DNA of 64,000 nucleotides, taken from Auanema rhodensis. Its lineage: Eukaryota > Animalia > Nematoda. The notes below the pieces were generated by a model. The model was not told the DNA's origin, searched no databases, and saw nothing but the letters and a program-made list of their open reading frames with translations. The stretch spans positions 23,436,001-23,500,000 of the forward strand of contig OZ059895.1 in the NCBI GenBank assembly GCA_964057225.1, given 5' to 3'. A program made the translations under genes and the position numbers. Each line of letters begins with the position of its first letter. The stretch's first letter is position 1. Shown here piece by piece: positions 38,267-52,400 of this stretch.

Positions 38267-41074
38267 TTTTTGCTAAATTATTTTGAAATTTTTCGAAAAA
38301 ATTTTTGTCAAAATGTTTTTGGAAGCAATGTTGAGTGTACATGGAAACTCAACATACACTAATGCATCATTTTTCAAACGATCATAACTAATTTTTGTAT
38401 TAAGCGTTTCTCAATGTAGTATAGTGCATTCGATGCGGATTTTTAAGTTGCGTCGATCTGTGTTATCAGATTTGCGCTAGCTTAAAAATGCACCGAGATA
38501 TCAACTGATATAAGTTCACACTTATATCCTCGATTTTCACCCTGAAGAATTAATTTTTTCGTTGAATAACAATGTCCATCGTCTTTGCCTTGAAAAAAGA
38601 AATCTAAAAACATCTACTTTTTGCTAAATTATTTTGAAATTTTTCGAAAAAATTTTTGTCAAAATGTTTTTGGAAGCAATGTTGAGTGTACATGGAAACT
38701 CAACATACACTAATGCATCATTTTTCAAACGATCATAACTAATTTTTGTATTAAGCGTTTCTCAATGTAGTATAGTGCATTCGATGCGGATTTTTAAGCT
38801 GCGTCGATCTGTGTTATCAGATTTGCGCTAGCTTAAAAATGCACCGAGATATCAACTGATATATGTTCACACTTATATCCTCGATTTTCACCCTGAAGAA
38901 TCAATTTTTTCGTTGAATAACAATGTCCATCGTCTTTGCCTTGAAAAAAGGAATCTAAAAACATCTACTTTTTGCTAAATTATTTTGAAATTTTTCGAAA
39001 AAATTTTTGTCAAAATGTTTTTGGAAGCAATGTTGAGTGTACATGGAAACTCAACATACACTAATGCATCATTTTTCAAACGATCATAACTAATTTTTGT
39101 ATTGAGCGTTTCTCAATGTAGTATAAGGCATTCGATGCGGATTTTTAAGCTGCGTCGATCTGTGTTATCAGATTTGCGCTAGCTTAAAAATGCACCGAGA
39201 TATCAACTGATATAAGTTCACACTTAGATCCTCGATTTTCACCCTGAAGAATTAATTTTTTCGTTGAATAACAATGTCCATCGTCTTTGCCTTGAAAAAA
39301 CAAATCTAAAAACATCTACTTTTTGCTAAATTATTTTGAAATTTTTCGAAAAAATTTTTGTCAAAATGTTTTTGGAAGCAATGTTGAGTGTACATGGAAA
39401 CTCAACATACACTAATGCATCATTTTTCAAACGATCATAACTAATTTTTGTATTAAGCGTTTCTCAATGTAGTATAGTGCATTCGATGCGGATTTTTAAG
39501 CTGCGTCGATCTGTTTTATCAGATTTGCGCTAGCTTAAAAATGCACCGAGATATCAACTGATATAAGTTCACACTTATATCCTCGATTTTCACCCTGAAG
39601 AATTAATTTTTTCGTTGAATAACAATGTCCATCGTCTTTGCCTTGAAAAAAGGAATCTAAAAACATCTACTTTTTGCTAAATTATTTTGAAATTTTTTGA
39701 AAAAATTTTTGTCAAAATGTTTTTGGAAGCAATGTTGAGTGTACATGGAAACTCAACATACACTAATGCATCATTTTTCAAACGATCATAGCTAATTTTT
39801 GTATTAAGCGTTTCTCAATGTAGTATAGTGCATTCGATGCGGATTTTTAAGTTGCGTCGATCTGTGTTATCAGATTTGCGCTAGCTTAAAAATGCACCGA
39901 GATATCAACTGATATAAGTTCACACTTATATCCTCGATTTTCACCCTGAAGAATTAATTTTTTCGTTGAATAACAATGTCCATCGTCTTTGCCTTGAAAA
40001 AAGAAATCTAAAAACATCTACTTTTTGCTAAATTATTTTGAAATTTTTCGAAAAAATTTTTGTCAAAATGTTTTTGGAAGCAATGTTGAGTGTACATGGA
40101 AACTCAACATACACTAATGCATCATTTTTCAAACGATCATAACTAATTTTTGTATTAAGCGTTTCTCAATGTAGTATAGTGCATTCGATGCGGATTTTTA
40201 AGCTGCGTCGATCTGTGTTATCAGATTTGCGCTAGCTTAAAAATGCACCGAGATATCAACTGATATATGTTCACACTTATATCCTCGATTTTCACCCTGA
40301 AGAATCAATTTTTTCGTTGAATAACAATGTCCATCGTCTTTGCCTTGAAAAAAGGAATCTAAAAACATCTACTTTTTGCTAAATTATTTTGAAATTTTTC
40401 GAAAAAATTTTTGTCAAAATGTTTTTGGAAGCAATGTTGAGTGTACATGGAAACTCAACATACACTAATGCATCATTTTTCAAACGATCATAACTAATTT
40501 TTGTATTGAGCGTTTCTCAATGTAGTATAAGGCATTCGATGCGGATTTTTAAGCTGCGTCGATCTGTGTTATCAGATTTGCGCTAGCTTAAAAATGCACC
40601 GAGATATCAACTGATATAAGTTCACACTTAGATCCTCGATTTTCACCCTGAAGAATTAATTTTTTCGTTGAATAACAATGTCCATCGTCTTTGCCTTGAA
40701 AAAACAAATCTAAAAACATCTACTTTTTGCTAAATTATTTTGAAATTTTTCGAAAAAATTTTTGTCAAAATGTTTTTGGAAGCAATGTTGAGTGTACATG
40801 GAAACTCAACATACACTAATGTATCATTTTTCAAACGATCATAACTAATTTTTGTATTAAGCGTTTCTCAATGTAGTATAGTGCATTCGATGCGGATTTT
40901 TAAGCTGCGTCGATCTGTTTTATCAGATTTGCGCTAGCTTAAAAATGCACCGAGATATCAACTGATATAAGTTCACACTTATATCCTCGATTTTCACCCT
41001 GAAGAATTAATTTTTTCGTTGAATAACAATGTCCATCGTCTTTGCCTTGAAAAAAGGAATCTAAAAACATCTAC
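38267..41074. repeat. Tandem 4-monomer duplication (M110-113 / M114-117, 1404 bp)
   Basis: [AAGTTGCG][GAATCAATT][TTGAGCG, TATAAGGC, CTTAGA][TGTTTT] occurs twice. Confidence 0.9.
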
Positions 41075-41776
41075 TTTTTGCTAAATTATTTTGAAATTTT
41101 TCGAAAAAATTTTTGTCAAAATGTTTTTGGAAGCAATGTTGAGTGTACATGGAAACTCAACATACACTAATGCATCATTTTTCAAACGATCATAACTAAT
41201 TTTTGTATTAAGGGTTTCTCCATGTAGTATAGTGCATTCGATGCGGATTTTTAAGCTGCGTCGATCTGTGTTATCAGATTTGCGCTAGCTTAAAAATGCA
41301 CCGAGATATCAACTGATATAAGTTCACACTTAGATCCTCGATTTTCACCCTGAAGAATTAATTTTTTTGTTGAATAACAATGTCCATCGTCTTTGCCTTG
41401 AAAAAACAAATCTAAAAACATCTACTTTTTGCTAAATTATTTTGAAATTTTTCGAAAAAATTTTTGTCAAAATGTTTTTGGAAGCAATGTTGAGTGTACA
41501 TGGAAACTCAACATACACTAATGCATCATTTTTCAAACGATCATAACTAATTTTTGTATTAAGGGTTTTTCCATGTAGTATAGTGCATTCGATGCGGATT
41601 TTTAAGCTGCGTCGATCTGTGTTATCAGATTTGCGCTAGCTTAAAAATGCACCGAGATATCAACTGATATAAGTTCACACTTAGATCCTCGATTTTCACC
41701 CTGAAGAATTAATTTTTTTGTTGAATAACAATGTCCATCGTCTTTGCCTTGAAAAAACAAATCTAAAAACATCTAC

Positions 41777-44700
41777 TTTTTGCTAAATTATTTTGAAATT
41801 TTTCGAAAAAATTTTTGTCAAAATGTTTTTGGAAGCAATGTTGAGTGTACATGGAAACTCAACATACACTAATGCATCATTTTTCAAACGATCATAACTA
41901 ATTTTTGTATTAAGAGTTTCTCCATGTAGTATAGTGCATTCGATGCGGATTTTTAAGCTGCGTCGATCTGTGTTATCAGATTTGCGCTAGCTTAAAAATG
42001 CACCGAGATATCAACTGATATAAGTTCACACTTAGATCCTCGATTTTCACCCTGAAGCATTAATTTTTTTGTTGAATAACATAGTCCATCGTCTTTGCCT
42101 TGAAAAAACAAATCTAAAAACATCTACTTTTTGCTAAATTATTTTGAAATTTTTCGAAAAAATTTTTGTCAAAATGTTTTTGGAAGCAATGTTGAGTGTA
42201 CATGGAAACTCAACATACACTAATGCATCATTTTTCAAACGATCATAACTAATTTTTATATTAAGCGTTTCTCAATGTAGTATAGTGCATTCGATGCGGA
42301 TTTTTAAGCTGCGTCGATCTGTGTTATCAGATTTGCGCTAGCTTAAAAATGGACCGAGATATCAACTGATATAAGTTCACACTTAGATCCTCGATTTTCA
42401 CCCTGAAGAATTAATTTTTTTGTTGAATAACAATGTCCATCGTCTTTGCCTTGAAAAAACAAATCTAAAAACATCTACTTTTTGCTAAATTATTTTGAAA
42501 TTTTTCGAAAAAATTTTTGTCAAAATGTTTTTGGAAGCAATGTTGAGTGTACATGGAAACTCAACATACACTAATGCATCATTTTTCAAACGATCATAAC
42601 TAATTTTTGTATTAAGCGTTTCTCAATGTAGTATAGTGCATTCGATGCGGATTTTTAAGCTGCGTCGATCTGTTTTATCAGATTTGCGCTAGCTTAAAAA
42701 TGCACCGAGATATCAACTGATATAAGTTCCCACTTATATCCTCGATTTTCACCCTGAAGAATTAATTTTTTCGTTGAATAACAATGTCCATCGTCTTTGC
42801 CTTGAAAAAAGGAATCTAAAAACATCTACTTTTTGCTAAATTATTTTGAAATTTTTCGAAAAAATTTTTGTCAAAATGTTTTTGGAAGCAATGTTGAGTG
42901 TACATGGAAACTCAACATACACTAATGCATCATTTTTCAAACGATCATAACTAATTTTTGTATTAAGCGTTTCTCAATGTAGCATAGTGCATTCGATGCG
43001 GATTTTTAAGCTGCATCGATCTGTGTTATCAGATTTGCGCTAGCTTAAAAATGCACCGAGATATCAACTGATATAAGTTCACACTTATATCCTCGATTTT
43101 CACCCTGAAGAATTAATTTTTTCGTTGAATAACAATGTCCATCGTCTTTGCCTTGAAAAAAGAAATCTAAAAACATCTACTTTTTGCTAAATTATTTTGA
43201 AATTTTTCGAAAAAATTTTTGTCAAAATGTTTTTGGAAGCAATGTTGAGTGTACATGGAAACTCAACATACACTAATGCATCATTTTTCAAACGATCATA
43301 ACTAATTTTTATATTAAGCGTTTCTCAATGTAGTATAGTGCATTCGATGCGGATTTTTAAGCTGCGTCGATCTGTGTTATCAGATTTGCGCTAGCTTAAA
43401 AATGCACCGAGATATCAACTGATATAAGTTCACACTTAGATCCTCGATTTTCACCCTGAAGAATTAATTTTTTTGTTGAATAACAATGTCCATCGTCTTT
43501 GCCTTGAAAAAACAAATCTAAAAACATCTACTTTTTGCTAAATTATTTTGAAATTTTTCGAAAAAATTTTTGTCAAAATGTTTTTGGAAGCAATGTTGAG
43601 TGTACATGGAAACTCAACATACACTAATGCATCATTTTTCAAACGATCATAACTAATTTTTGTATTAAGAGTTTCTCCATGTAGTATAGTGCATTCGATG
43701 CGGATTTTTAAGCTGCGTCGATCTGTGTTATCAGATTTGCGCTAGCTTAAAAATGCACCGAGATATCAACTGATATAAGTTCACACTTAGATCCTCGATT
43801 TTCACCCTGAAGCATTAATTTTTTTGTTGAATAACAATGTCCATCGTCTTTGCCTTGAAAAAACAAATCTAAAAACATCTACTTTTTGCTAAATTATTTT
43901 GAAATTTTTCGAAAAAATTTTTGTCAAAATGTTTTTGGAAGCAATGTTGAGTGTACATGGAAACTCAACATACACTAATGCATCATTTTTCAAACGATCA
44001 TAACTAATTTTTATATTAAGCGTTTCTCAATGTAGTATAGTGCATTCGATGCGGATTTTTAAGCTGCGTCGATCTGTGTTATCAGATTTGCGCTAGCTTA
44101 AAAATGGACCGAGATATCAACTGATATAAGTTCACACTTAGATCCTCGATTTTCACCCTGAAGAATTAATTTTTTTGTTGAATAACAATGTCCATCGTCT
44201 TTGCCTTGAAAAAACAAATCTAAAAACATCTACTTTTTGCTAAATTATTTTGAAATTTTTCGAAAAAATTTTTGTCAAAATGTTTTTGGAAGCAATGTTG
44301 AGTGTACATGGAAACTCAACATACACTAATGCATCATTTTTCAAACGATCATAACTAATTTTTGTATTAAGCGTTTCTCAATGTAGTATAGTGCATTCGA
44401 TGCGGATTTTTAAGCTGCGTCGATCTGTTTTATCAGATTTGCGCTAGCTTAAAAATGCACCGAGATATCAACTGATATAAGTTCCCACTTATATCCTCGA
44501 TTTTCACCCTGAAGAATTAATTTTTTCGTTGAATAACAATGTCCATCGTCTTTGCCTTGAAAAAAGGAATCTAAAAACATCTACTTTTTGCTAAATTATT
44601 CTGAAATTTTTCGAAAAAATTTTTGTCAAAATGTTTTTGGAAGCAATGTTGAGTGTACATGGAAACTCAACATACACTAATGCATCATTTTTCAAACGAT

Positions 44701-47700
44701 CATAACTAATTTTTGTATTAAGCGTTTCTCAATGTAGCATAGTGCATTCGATGCGGATTTTTAAGCTGCATCGATCTGTGTTATCAGATTTGCGCTAGCT
44801 TAAAAATGCACCGAGATATCAACTGATATAAGTTCACACTTATATCCTCGATTTTCACCCTGAAGAATTAATTTTTTCGTTGAATAACAATGTCCATCGT
44901 CTTTGCCTTGAAAAAAGAAATCTAAAAACATCTACTTTTTGCTAAATTATTTTGAAATTTTTCGAAAAAATTTTTGTCAAAATGTTTTTGGAAGCAATGT
45001 TGAGTGTACATGGAAACTCAACATACACTAATGCATCATTTTTCAAACGATCATAACTAATTTTTATATTAAGCGTTTCTCAATGTAGTATAGTGCATTC
45101 GATGCGGATTTTTAAGCTGCGTCGATCTGTGTTATCAGATTTGCGCTAGCTTAAAAATGCACCGAGATATCAACTGATATAAGTTCACACTTAGATCCTC
45201 GATTTTCACCCTGAAGAATTAATTTTTTTGTTGAATAACAATGTCCATCGTCTTTGCCTTGAAAAAACAAATCTAAAAACATCTACTTTTTGCTAAATTA
45301 TTTTGAAATTTTTCGAAAAAATTTTTGTCAAAATGTTTTTGGAAGCAATGTTGAGTGTACATGGAAACTCAACATACACTAATGCATCATTTTTCAAACG
45401 ATCATAACTAATTTTTGTATTAAGCGTTTCTCAATGTAGTATAGTGCATTCGATGCGGATTTTTAAGCTGCGTCGATCTGTTTTATCAGATTTGCGCTAG
45501 CTTAAAAATGCACCGAGATATCAACTGATATAAGTTCCCACTTATATCCTCGATTTTCACCCTGAAGAATTAATTTTTTCGTTGAATAACAATGTCCATC
45601 GTCTTTGCCTTGAAAAAAGGAATCTAAAAACATCTACTTTTTGCTAAATTATTTTGAAATTTTTCGAAAAAATTTTTGTCAAAATGTTTTTGGAAGCAAT
45701 GTTGAGTGTACATGGAAACTCAACATACACTAATGCATCATTTTTCAAACGATCATAACTAATTTTTGTATTAAGCGTTTCTCAATGTAGCATAGTGCAT
45801 TCGATGCGGATTTTTAAGCTGCATCGATCTGTGTTATCAGATTTGCGCTAGCTTAAAAATGCACCGAGATATCAACTGATATAAGTTCACACTTATATCC
45901 TCGATTTTCACCCTGAAGAATTAATTTTTTCGTTGAATAACAATGTCCATCGTCTTTGCCTTGAAAAAAGGAATCTAAAAACATCTACTTTTTGCTAAAT
46001 TATTTTGAAATTTTTCGAAAAAATTTTTGTCAAAATGTTTTTGGAAGCAATGTTGAGTGTACATGGAAACTCAACATACACTAATGCATCATTTTTCAAA
46101 CGATCATAACTAATTTTTGTATTAAGCGTTTCTCAATGTAGTATAGTGCATTCGATGCGGATTTTTAAGCTGCGTCGATCTGTTTTATCAGATTTGCGCT
46201 AGCTTAAAAATGCACCGAGATATCAACTGATATAAGTTCCCACTTATATCCTCGATTTTCACCCTGAAGAATTAATTTTTTCGTTGAATAACAATGTCCA
46301 TCGTCTTTGCCTTGAAAAAAGGAATCTAAAAACATCTACTTTTTGCTAAATTATTCTGAAATTTTTCGAAAAAATTTTTGTCAAAATGTTTTTGGAAGCA
46401 ATGTTGAGTGTACATGGAAACTCAACATACACTAATGCATCATTTTTCAAACGATCATAACTAATTTTTGTATTAAGCGTTTCTCAATGTAGCATAGTGC
46501 ATTCGATGCGGATTTTTAAGCTGCATCGATCTGTGTTATCAGATTTGCGCTAGCTTAAAAATGCACCGAGATATCAACTGATATAAGTTCACACTTATAT
46601 CCTCGATTTTCACCCTGAAGAATTAATTTTTTCGTTGAATAACAATGTCCATCGTCTTTGCCTTGAAAAAAGAAATCTAAAAACATCTACTTTTTGCTAA
46701 ATTATTTTGAAATTTTTCGAAAAAATTTTTGTCAAAATGTTTTTGGAAGCAATGTTGAGTGTACATGGAAACTCAACATACACTAATGCATCATTTTTCA
46801 AACGATCATAACTAATTTTTATATTAAGCGTTTCTCAATGTAGTATAGTGCATTCGATGCGGATTTTTAAGCTGCGTCGATCTGTGTTATCAGATTTGCG
46901 CTAGCTTAAAAATGCACCGAGATATCAACTGATATAAGTTCACACTTAGATCCTCGATTTTCACCCTGAAGAATTAATTTTTTTGTTGAATAACAATGTC
47001 CATCGTCTTTGCCTTGAAAAAACAAATCTAAAAACATCTACTTTTTGCTAAATTATTTTGAAATTTTTCGAAAAAATTTTTGTCAAAATGTTTTTGGAAG
47101 CAATGTTGAGTGTACATGGAAACTCAACATACACTAATGCATCATTTTTCAAACGATCATAACTAATTTTTGTATTAAGCGTTTCTCAATGTAGTATAGT
47201 GCATTCGATGCGGATTTTTAAGCTGCGTCGATCTGTTTTATCAGATTTGCGCTAGCTTAAAAATGCACCGAGATATCAACTGATATAAGTTCCCACTTAT
47301 ATCCTCGATTTTCACCCTGAAGAATTAATTTTTTCGTTGAATAACAATGTCCATCGTCTTTGCCTTGAAAAAAGGAATCTAAAAACATCTACTTTTTGCT
47401 AAATTATTTTGAAATTTTTCGAAAAAATTTTTGTCAAAATGTTTTTGGAAGCAATGTTGAGTGTACATGGAAACTCAACATACACTAATGCATCATTTTT
47501 CAAACGATCATAACTAATTTTTGTATTAAGCGTTTCTCAATGTAGCATAGTGCATTCGATGCGGATTTTTAAGCTGCATCGATCTGTGTTATCAGATTTG
47601 CGCTAGCTTAAAAATGCACCTAGATATCAACTGATATAAGTTCACACTTATATCCTCGATTTTCACCCTGAAGAATTAATTTTTTCGTTGAATAACAATG

Positions 47701-49498
47701 TCCATCGTCTTTGCCTTGAAAAAAGAAATCTAAAAACATCTACTTTTTGCTAAATTATTTTGAAATTTTTCGAAAAAATTTTTGTCAAAATGTTTTTGGA
47801 AGCAATGTTGAGTGTACATGGAAACTCAACATACACTAATGCATCATTTTTCAAACGATCATAACTAATTTTTATATTAAGCGTTTCTCAATGTAGTATA
47901 GTGCATTCGATGCGGATTTTTAAGCTGCGTCGATCTGTGTTATCAGATTTGCGCTAGCTTAAAAATGCACCGAGATATCAACTGATATAAGTTCACACTT
48001 ATATCCTCGATTTTCACCCTGAAGAATTAATTTTTTCGTTGAATAACAATGTCCATCGTCTTTGCCTTGAAAAAAGAAATCTAAAAACATCTACTTTTTG
48101 CTAAATTATTTTGAAATTTTTCGAAAAAATTTTTGTCAAAATGTTTTTGGAAGCAATGTTGAGTGTACATGGAAACTCAACATACACTAATGCATCATTT
48201 TTCAAACAATCATAACTAATTTTTGTATTAAGCGTTTCTCAATGTAGTATAGTGCATTCGATGCAGATTTTTAAGCTGCGTCGATCTGTGTTATCAGATT
48301 TGCGCTAGCTTAAAAATGCACCGAGATATCAACTGATATAAGTTCACACTTAGATCCTCGATTTTCACCCTGAAGAATTAATTTTTTTGTTGAATAACAA
48401 TGTCCATCGTCTTTGCCTTGAAAAAACAAATCTAAAAACATCTACTTTTTGCTAAATTATTTTGAAATTTTTCGAAAAAATTTTTGTCAAAATGTTTTTG
48501 GAAGCAATGTTGAGTGTACATGGAAACTCAACATACACTAATGCATCATTTTTCAAACGATCATAACTAATTTTTGTATTAAGCGTTTCTCAATGTAGTA
48601 TAGTGCATTCGATGCGGATTTTTAAGCTGCGTCGATCTGTTTTATCAGATTTGCGCTAGCTTAAAAATGCACCGAGATATCAACTGATATAAGTTCCCAC
48701 TTATATCCTCGATTTTCACCCTGAAGAATTAATTTTTTCGTTGAATAACAATGTCCATCGTCTTTGCCTTGAAAAAAGGAATCTAAAAACATCTACTTTT
48801 TGCTAAATTATTTTGAAATTTTTCGAAAAAATTTTTGTCAAAATGTTTTTGGAAGCAATGTTGAGTGTACATGGAAACTCAACATACACTAATGCATCAT
48901 TTTTCAAACGATCATAACTAATTTTTGTATTAAGCGTTTCTCAATGTAGCATAGTGCATTCGATGCGGATTTTTAAGCTGCATCGATCTGTGTTATCAGA
49001 TTTGCGCTAGCTTAAAAATGCACCTAGATATCAACTGATATAAGTTCACACTTATATCCTCGATTTTCACCCTGAAGAATTAATTTTTTCGTTGAATAAC
49101 AATGTCCATCGTCTTTGCCTTGAAAAAAGAAATCTAAAAACATCTACTTTTTGCTAAATTATTTTGAAATTTTTCGAAAAAATTTTTGTCAAAATGTTTT
49201 TGGAAGCAATGTTGAGTGTACATGGAAACTCAACATACACTAATGCATCATTTTTCAAACGATCATAACTAATTTTTATATTAAGCGTTTCTCAATGTAG
49301 TATAGTGCATTCGATGCGGATTTTTAAGCTGCGTCGATCTGTGTTATCAGATTTGCGCTAGCTTAAAAATGCACCGAGATATCAACTGATATAAGTTCAC
49401 ACTTATATCCTCGATTTTCACCCTGAAGAATTAATTTTTTCGTTGAATAACAATGTCCATCGTCTTTGCCTTGAAAAAAGAAATCTAAAAACATCTAC
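41777..49498. repeat. Cluster of nested 5-mer, 5-mer and 4-mer duplications built on a 3-monomer module
   Basis: M120-124 = M125-129 (ATGGACC at ~42352 and ~44107). M127-131 ~ M132-136 (ATTCTG offset 1755). M135-137 = M139-141. The module [TGTTTT+GTTCCCA][TAGCATA+GCATCG][TTTATATT] recurs throughout. Confidence 0.85.
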
Positions 49499-52400
49499 TT
49501 TTTGCTAAATTATTTTGAAATTTTTCGAAAAAATTTTTGTCAAAATGTTTTTAGAAGCAATGTTGAGTGTACATAGAAACTCAACATACACTAATGCATC
49601 ATTTTTCAAACGATCATAACTAATTTTTGTATTAAGCGTTTCTCAATGTAGTATAGTGCATTCGATGCGGATTTTTAAGCTGCAATGATCTGTGTTATCA
49701 GATTTGCGCTAGCTTAAAAATGCACCGAGATATCAACTGATATAAGTTCACACTTATATCCTCGATTTTCACCCTGAAGAATTAATTTTTTCGTTGAATA
49801 ACAATGTCCATCGTCTTTGCCTTGAATAAAGAATTCTAAAAACATCTACTTTTTGCTAAATTATTTTGAAATTTTTCGAAAAAATTTTTGTCAAAATGTT
49901 TTTGGAAGCAATGTTGAGTGTACATGGAAACTCAACATACACTAATGCATCATTTTTCAAACAATCATAACTAATTTTTGTATTAAGCGTTTTTCAATGT
50001 AGTATAGTGCATTCGATGCAGATTTTTAAGCTGCGTCGATCTGTGTTATCAGATTTGCGCTAGCTTAAAAATGCACCGAGATATCAACTGATATATGTTC
50101 ACACTTATATCCTCGATTTTCACCCTGAAGAATTAATTTTTTCGTTGAATAACAATGTTCATCGTCTTTGCCTTGAAAAAAGGAATCTAAAAACATCTAC
50201 TTTTTGCTAAATTATTTTGAAATTTTTCGAAAAAATTTTTGTCAAAATGTTTTTGGAAGCAATGTTGAGTGTACATGGAAACTCAACATACACTAATGCA
50301 TCATTTTTCAAACGATCATAACTAATTTTTGTATTAAGCGTTTCTCAATGTAGTATAGTGCATTCGATGCGGATTTTTAAGCTGCGTCGATCTGTTTTAT
50401 CAGATTTGCGCTAGCTTAAAAATGCACCGAGATATCAACTGATATATGTTCACACTTATATCCTCGATTTTCACCCTGAAGAATTAATTTTTTCGTTGAA
50501 TAACAATGTCCATCGTCTTTGCCTTGAAAAAAGAAATCTAAAAACATCTACTTTTTGCTAAATTATTTTGAAATTTTTCGAAAAAATTTTAGTCAAAATG
50601 TTTTTAGAAGCAATGTTGAGTGTACATAGAAACTCAACATACACTAATGCATCATTTTTCAAACGATCATAACTAATTTTTGTATTAAGCGTTTCTCAAT
50701 GTAGTATAGTGCATTCGATGCGGATTTTTAAGCTGCAATGATCTGTGTTATCAGATTTGCGCTAGCTTAAAAATGCACCGAGATATCAACTGATATAAGT
50801 TCACACTTATATCCTCGATTTTCACCCTGAAGAATTAATTTTTTCGTTGAATAACAATGTCCATCGTCTTTGCCTTGAATAAAGAAATCTAAAAACATCT
50901 ACTTTTTGCTAAATTATTTTGAAATTTTTCGAAAAAATTTTTGTCAAAATGTTTTTGGAAGCAATGTTGAGTGTACATGGAAACTCAACATACACTAATG
51001 CATCATTTTTCAAACGATCATAACTAATTTTTGTATTAAGCAATTCTCAATGTAGTATAGTGCATTCGATGCGGATTTTTAAGCTGCGTCGATCTGTGTT
51101 ATCAGATTTGCGCTAGCTTAAAAATGCACCGAGATATCAACTGATATATGTTCACACTTATATCCTCGATTTTCACCCTGAAGAATTAATTTTTTCGTTG
51201 AATAACAATGTCCATCGTCTTTGCCTTGAAAAAAGGAATCTAAAAACATCTACTTTTTGCTAAATTATTTTGAAATTTTTCGAAAAAATTTTTGTCAAAA
51301 TGTTTTTGGAAGCAATGTTGAGTGTACATGGAAACTCAACATACACTAATGCATCATTTTTCAAACGATCATAACTAATTTTTGTATTAAGCAATTCTCA
51401 ATGTAGTATAGTGCATTCGATGCGGATTTTTAAGCTGCGTCGATCTGTGTTATCAGATTTGCGCTAGCTTAAAAATGCACCGAGATATCAACTGATATAT
51501 GTTCACACTTATATCCTCGATTTTCACCCTGAAGAATTAATTTTTTCGTTGAATAACAATGTTCATCGTCTTTGCCTTGAAAAAAGGAATCTAAAAACAT
51601 CTACTTTTTGCTAAATTATTTTGAAATTTTTCGAAAAAATTTTTGTCAAAATGTTTTTGGAAGCAATGTTGAGTGTACATGGAAACTCAACATACACTAA
51701 TGCATCATTTTTCAAACGATCATAACTAATTTTTGTATTAAGCGTTTCTCAATGTAGCATAGTGCATTCGATGCGGATTTTTAAGCTGCATCGATCTGTG
51801 TTATCAGATTTGCGCTAGCTTAAAAATGCACCTAGATATCAACTGATATAAGTTCACACTTATATCCTCGATTTTCACCCTGAAGAATTAATTTTTTCGT
51901 TGAATAACAATGTTCATCGTCTTTGCTTTGAAAAAAGGAATCTAAAAACATCTACTTTTTGCTAAATTATTCTGAAATTTTTCGAAAAAATTTTTGTCAA
52001 AATGTTTTTGGAAGCAATGTTGAGTGTACATGGAAACTCAACATACACTAATGCATCATTTTTCAAACGATCATAACTAATTTTTGTATTAAGCGTTTCT
52101 CAATGTAGTATAGTGCATTCGATGCGGATTTTTAAGCTGCGTCGATCTGTTTTATCAGATTTGCGCTAGCTTAAAAATGCACCGAGATATCAACTGATAT
52201 AAGTTCACACTTATATCCTCGATTTTCACCCTGAAGAATTAATTTTTTCGTTGAATAACAATGTCCATCGTCTTTGCCTTGAAAAAAGGAATCTAAAAAC
52301 ATCTACTTTTTGCTAAATTATTTTGAAATTTTTCGAAAAAATTTTTGTCAAAATGTTTTTGGAAGCAATGTTGAGTGTACATGGAAACTCAACATACACT

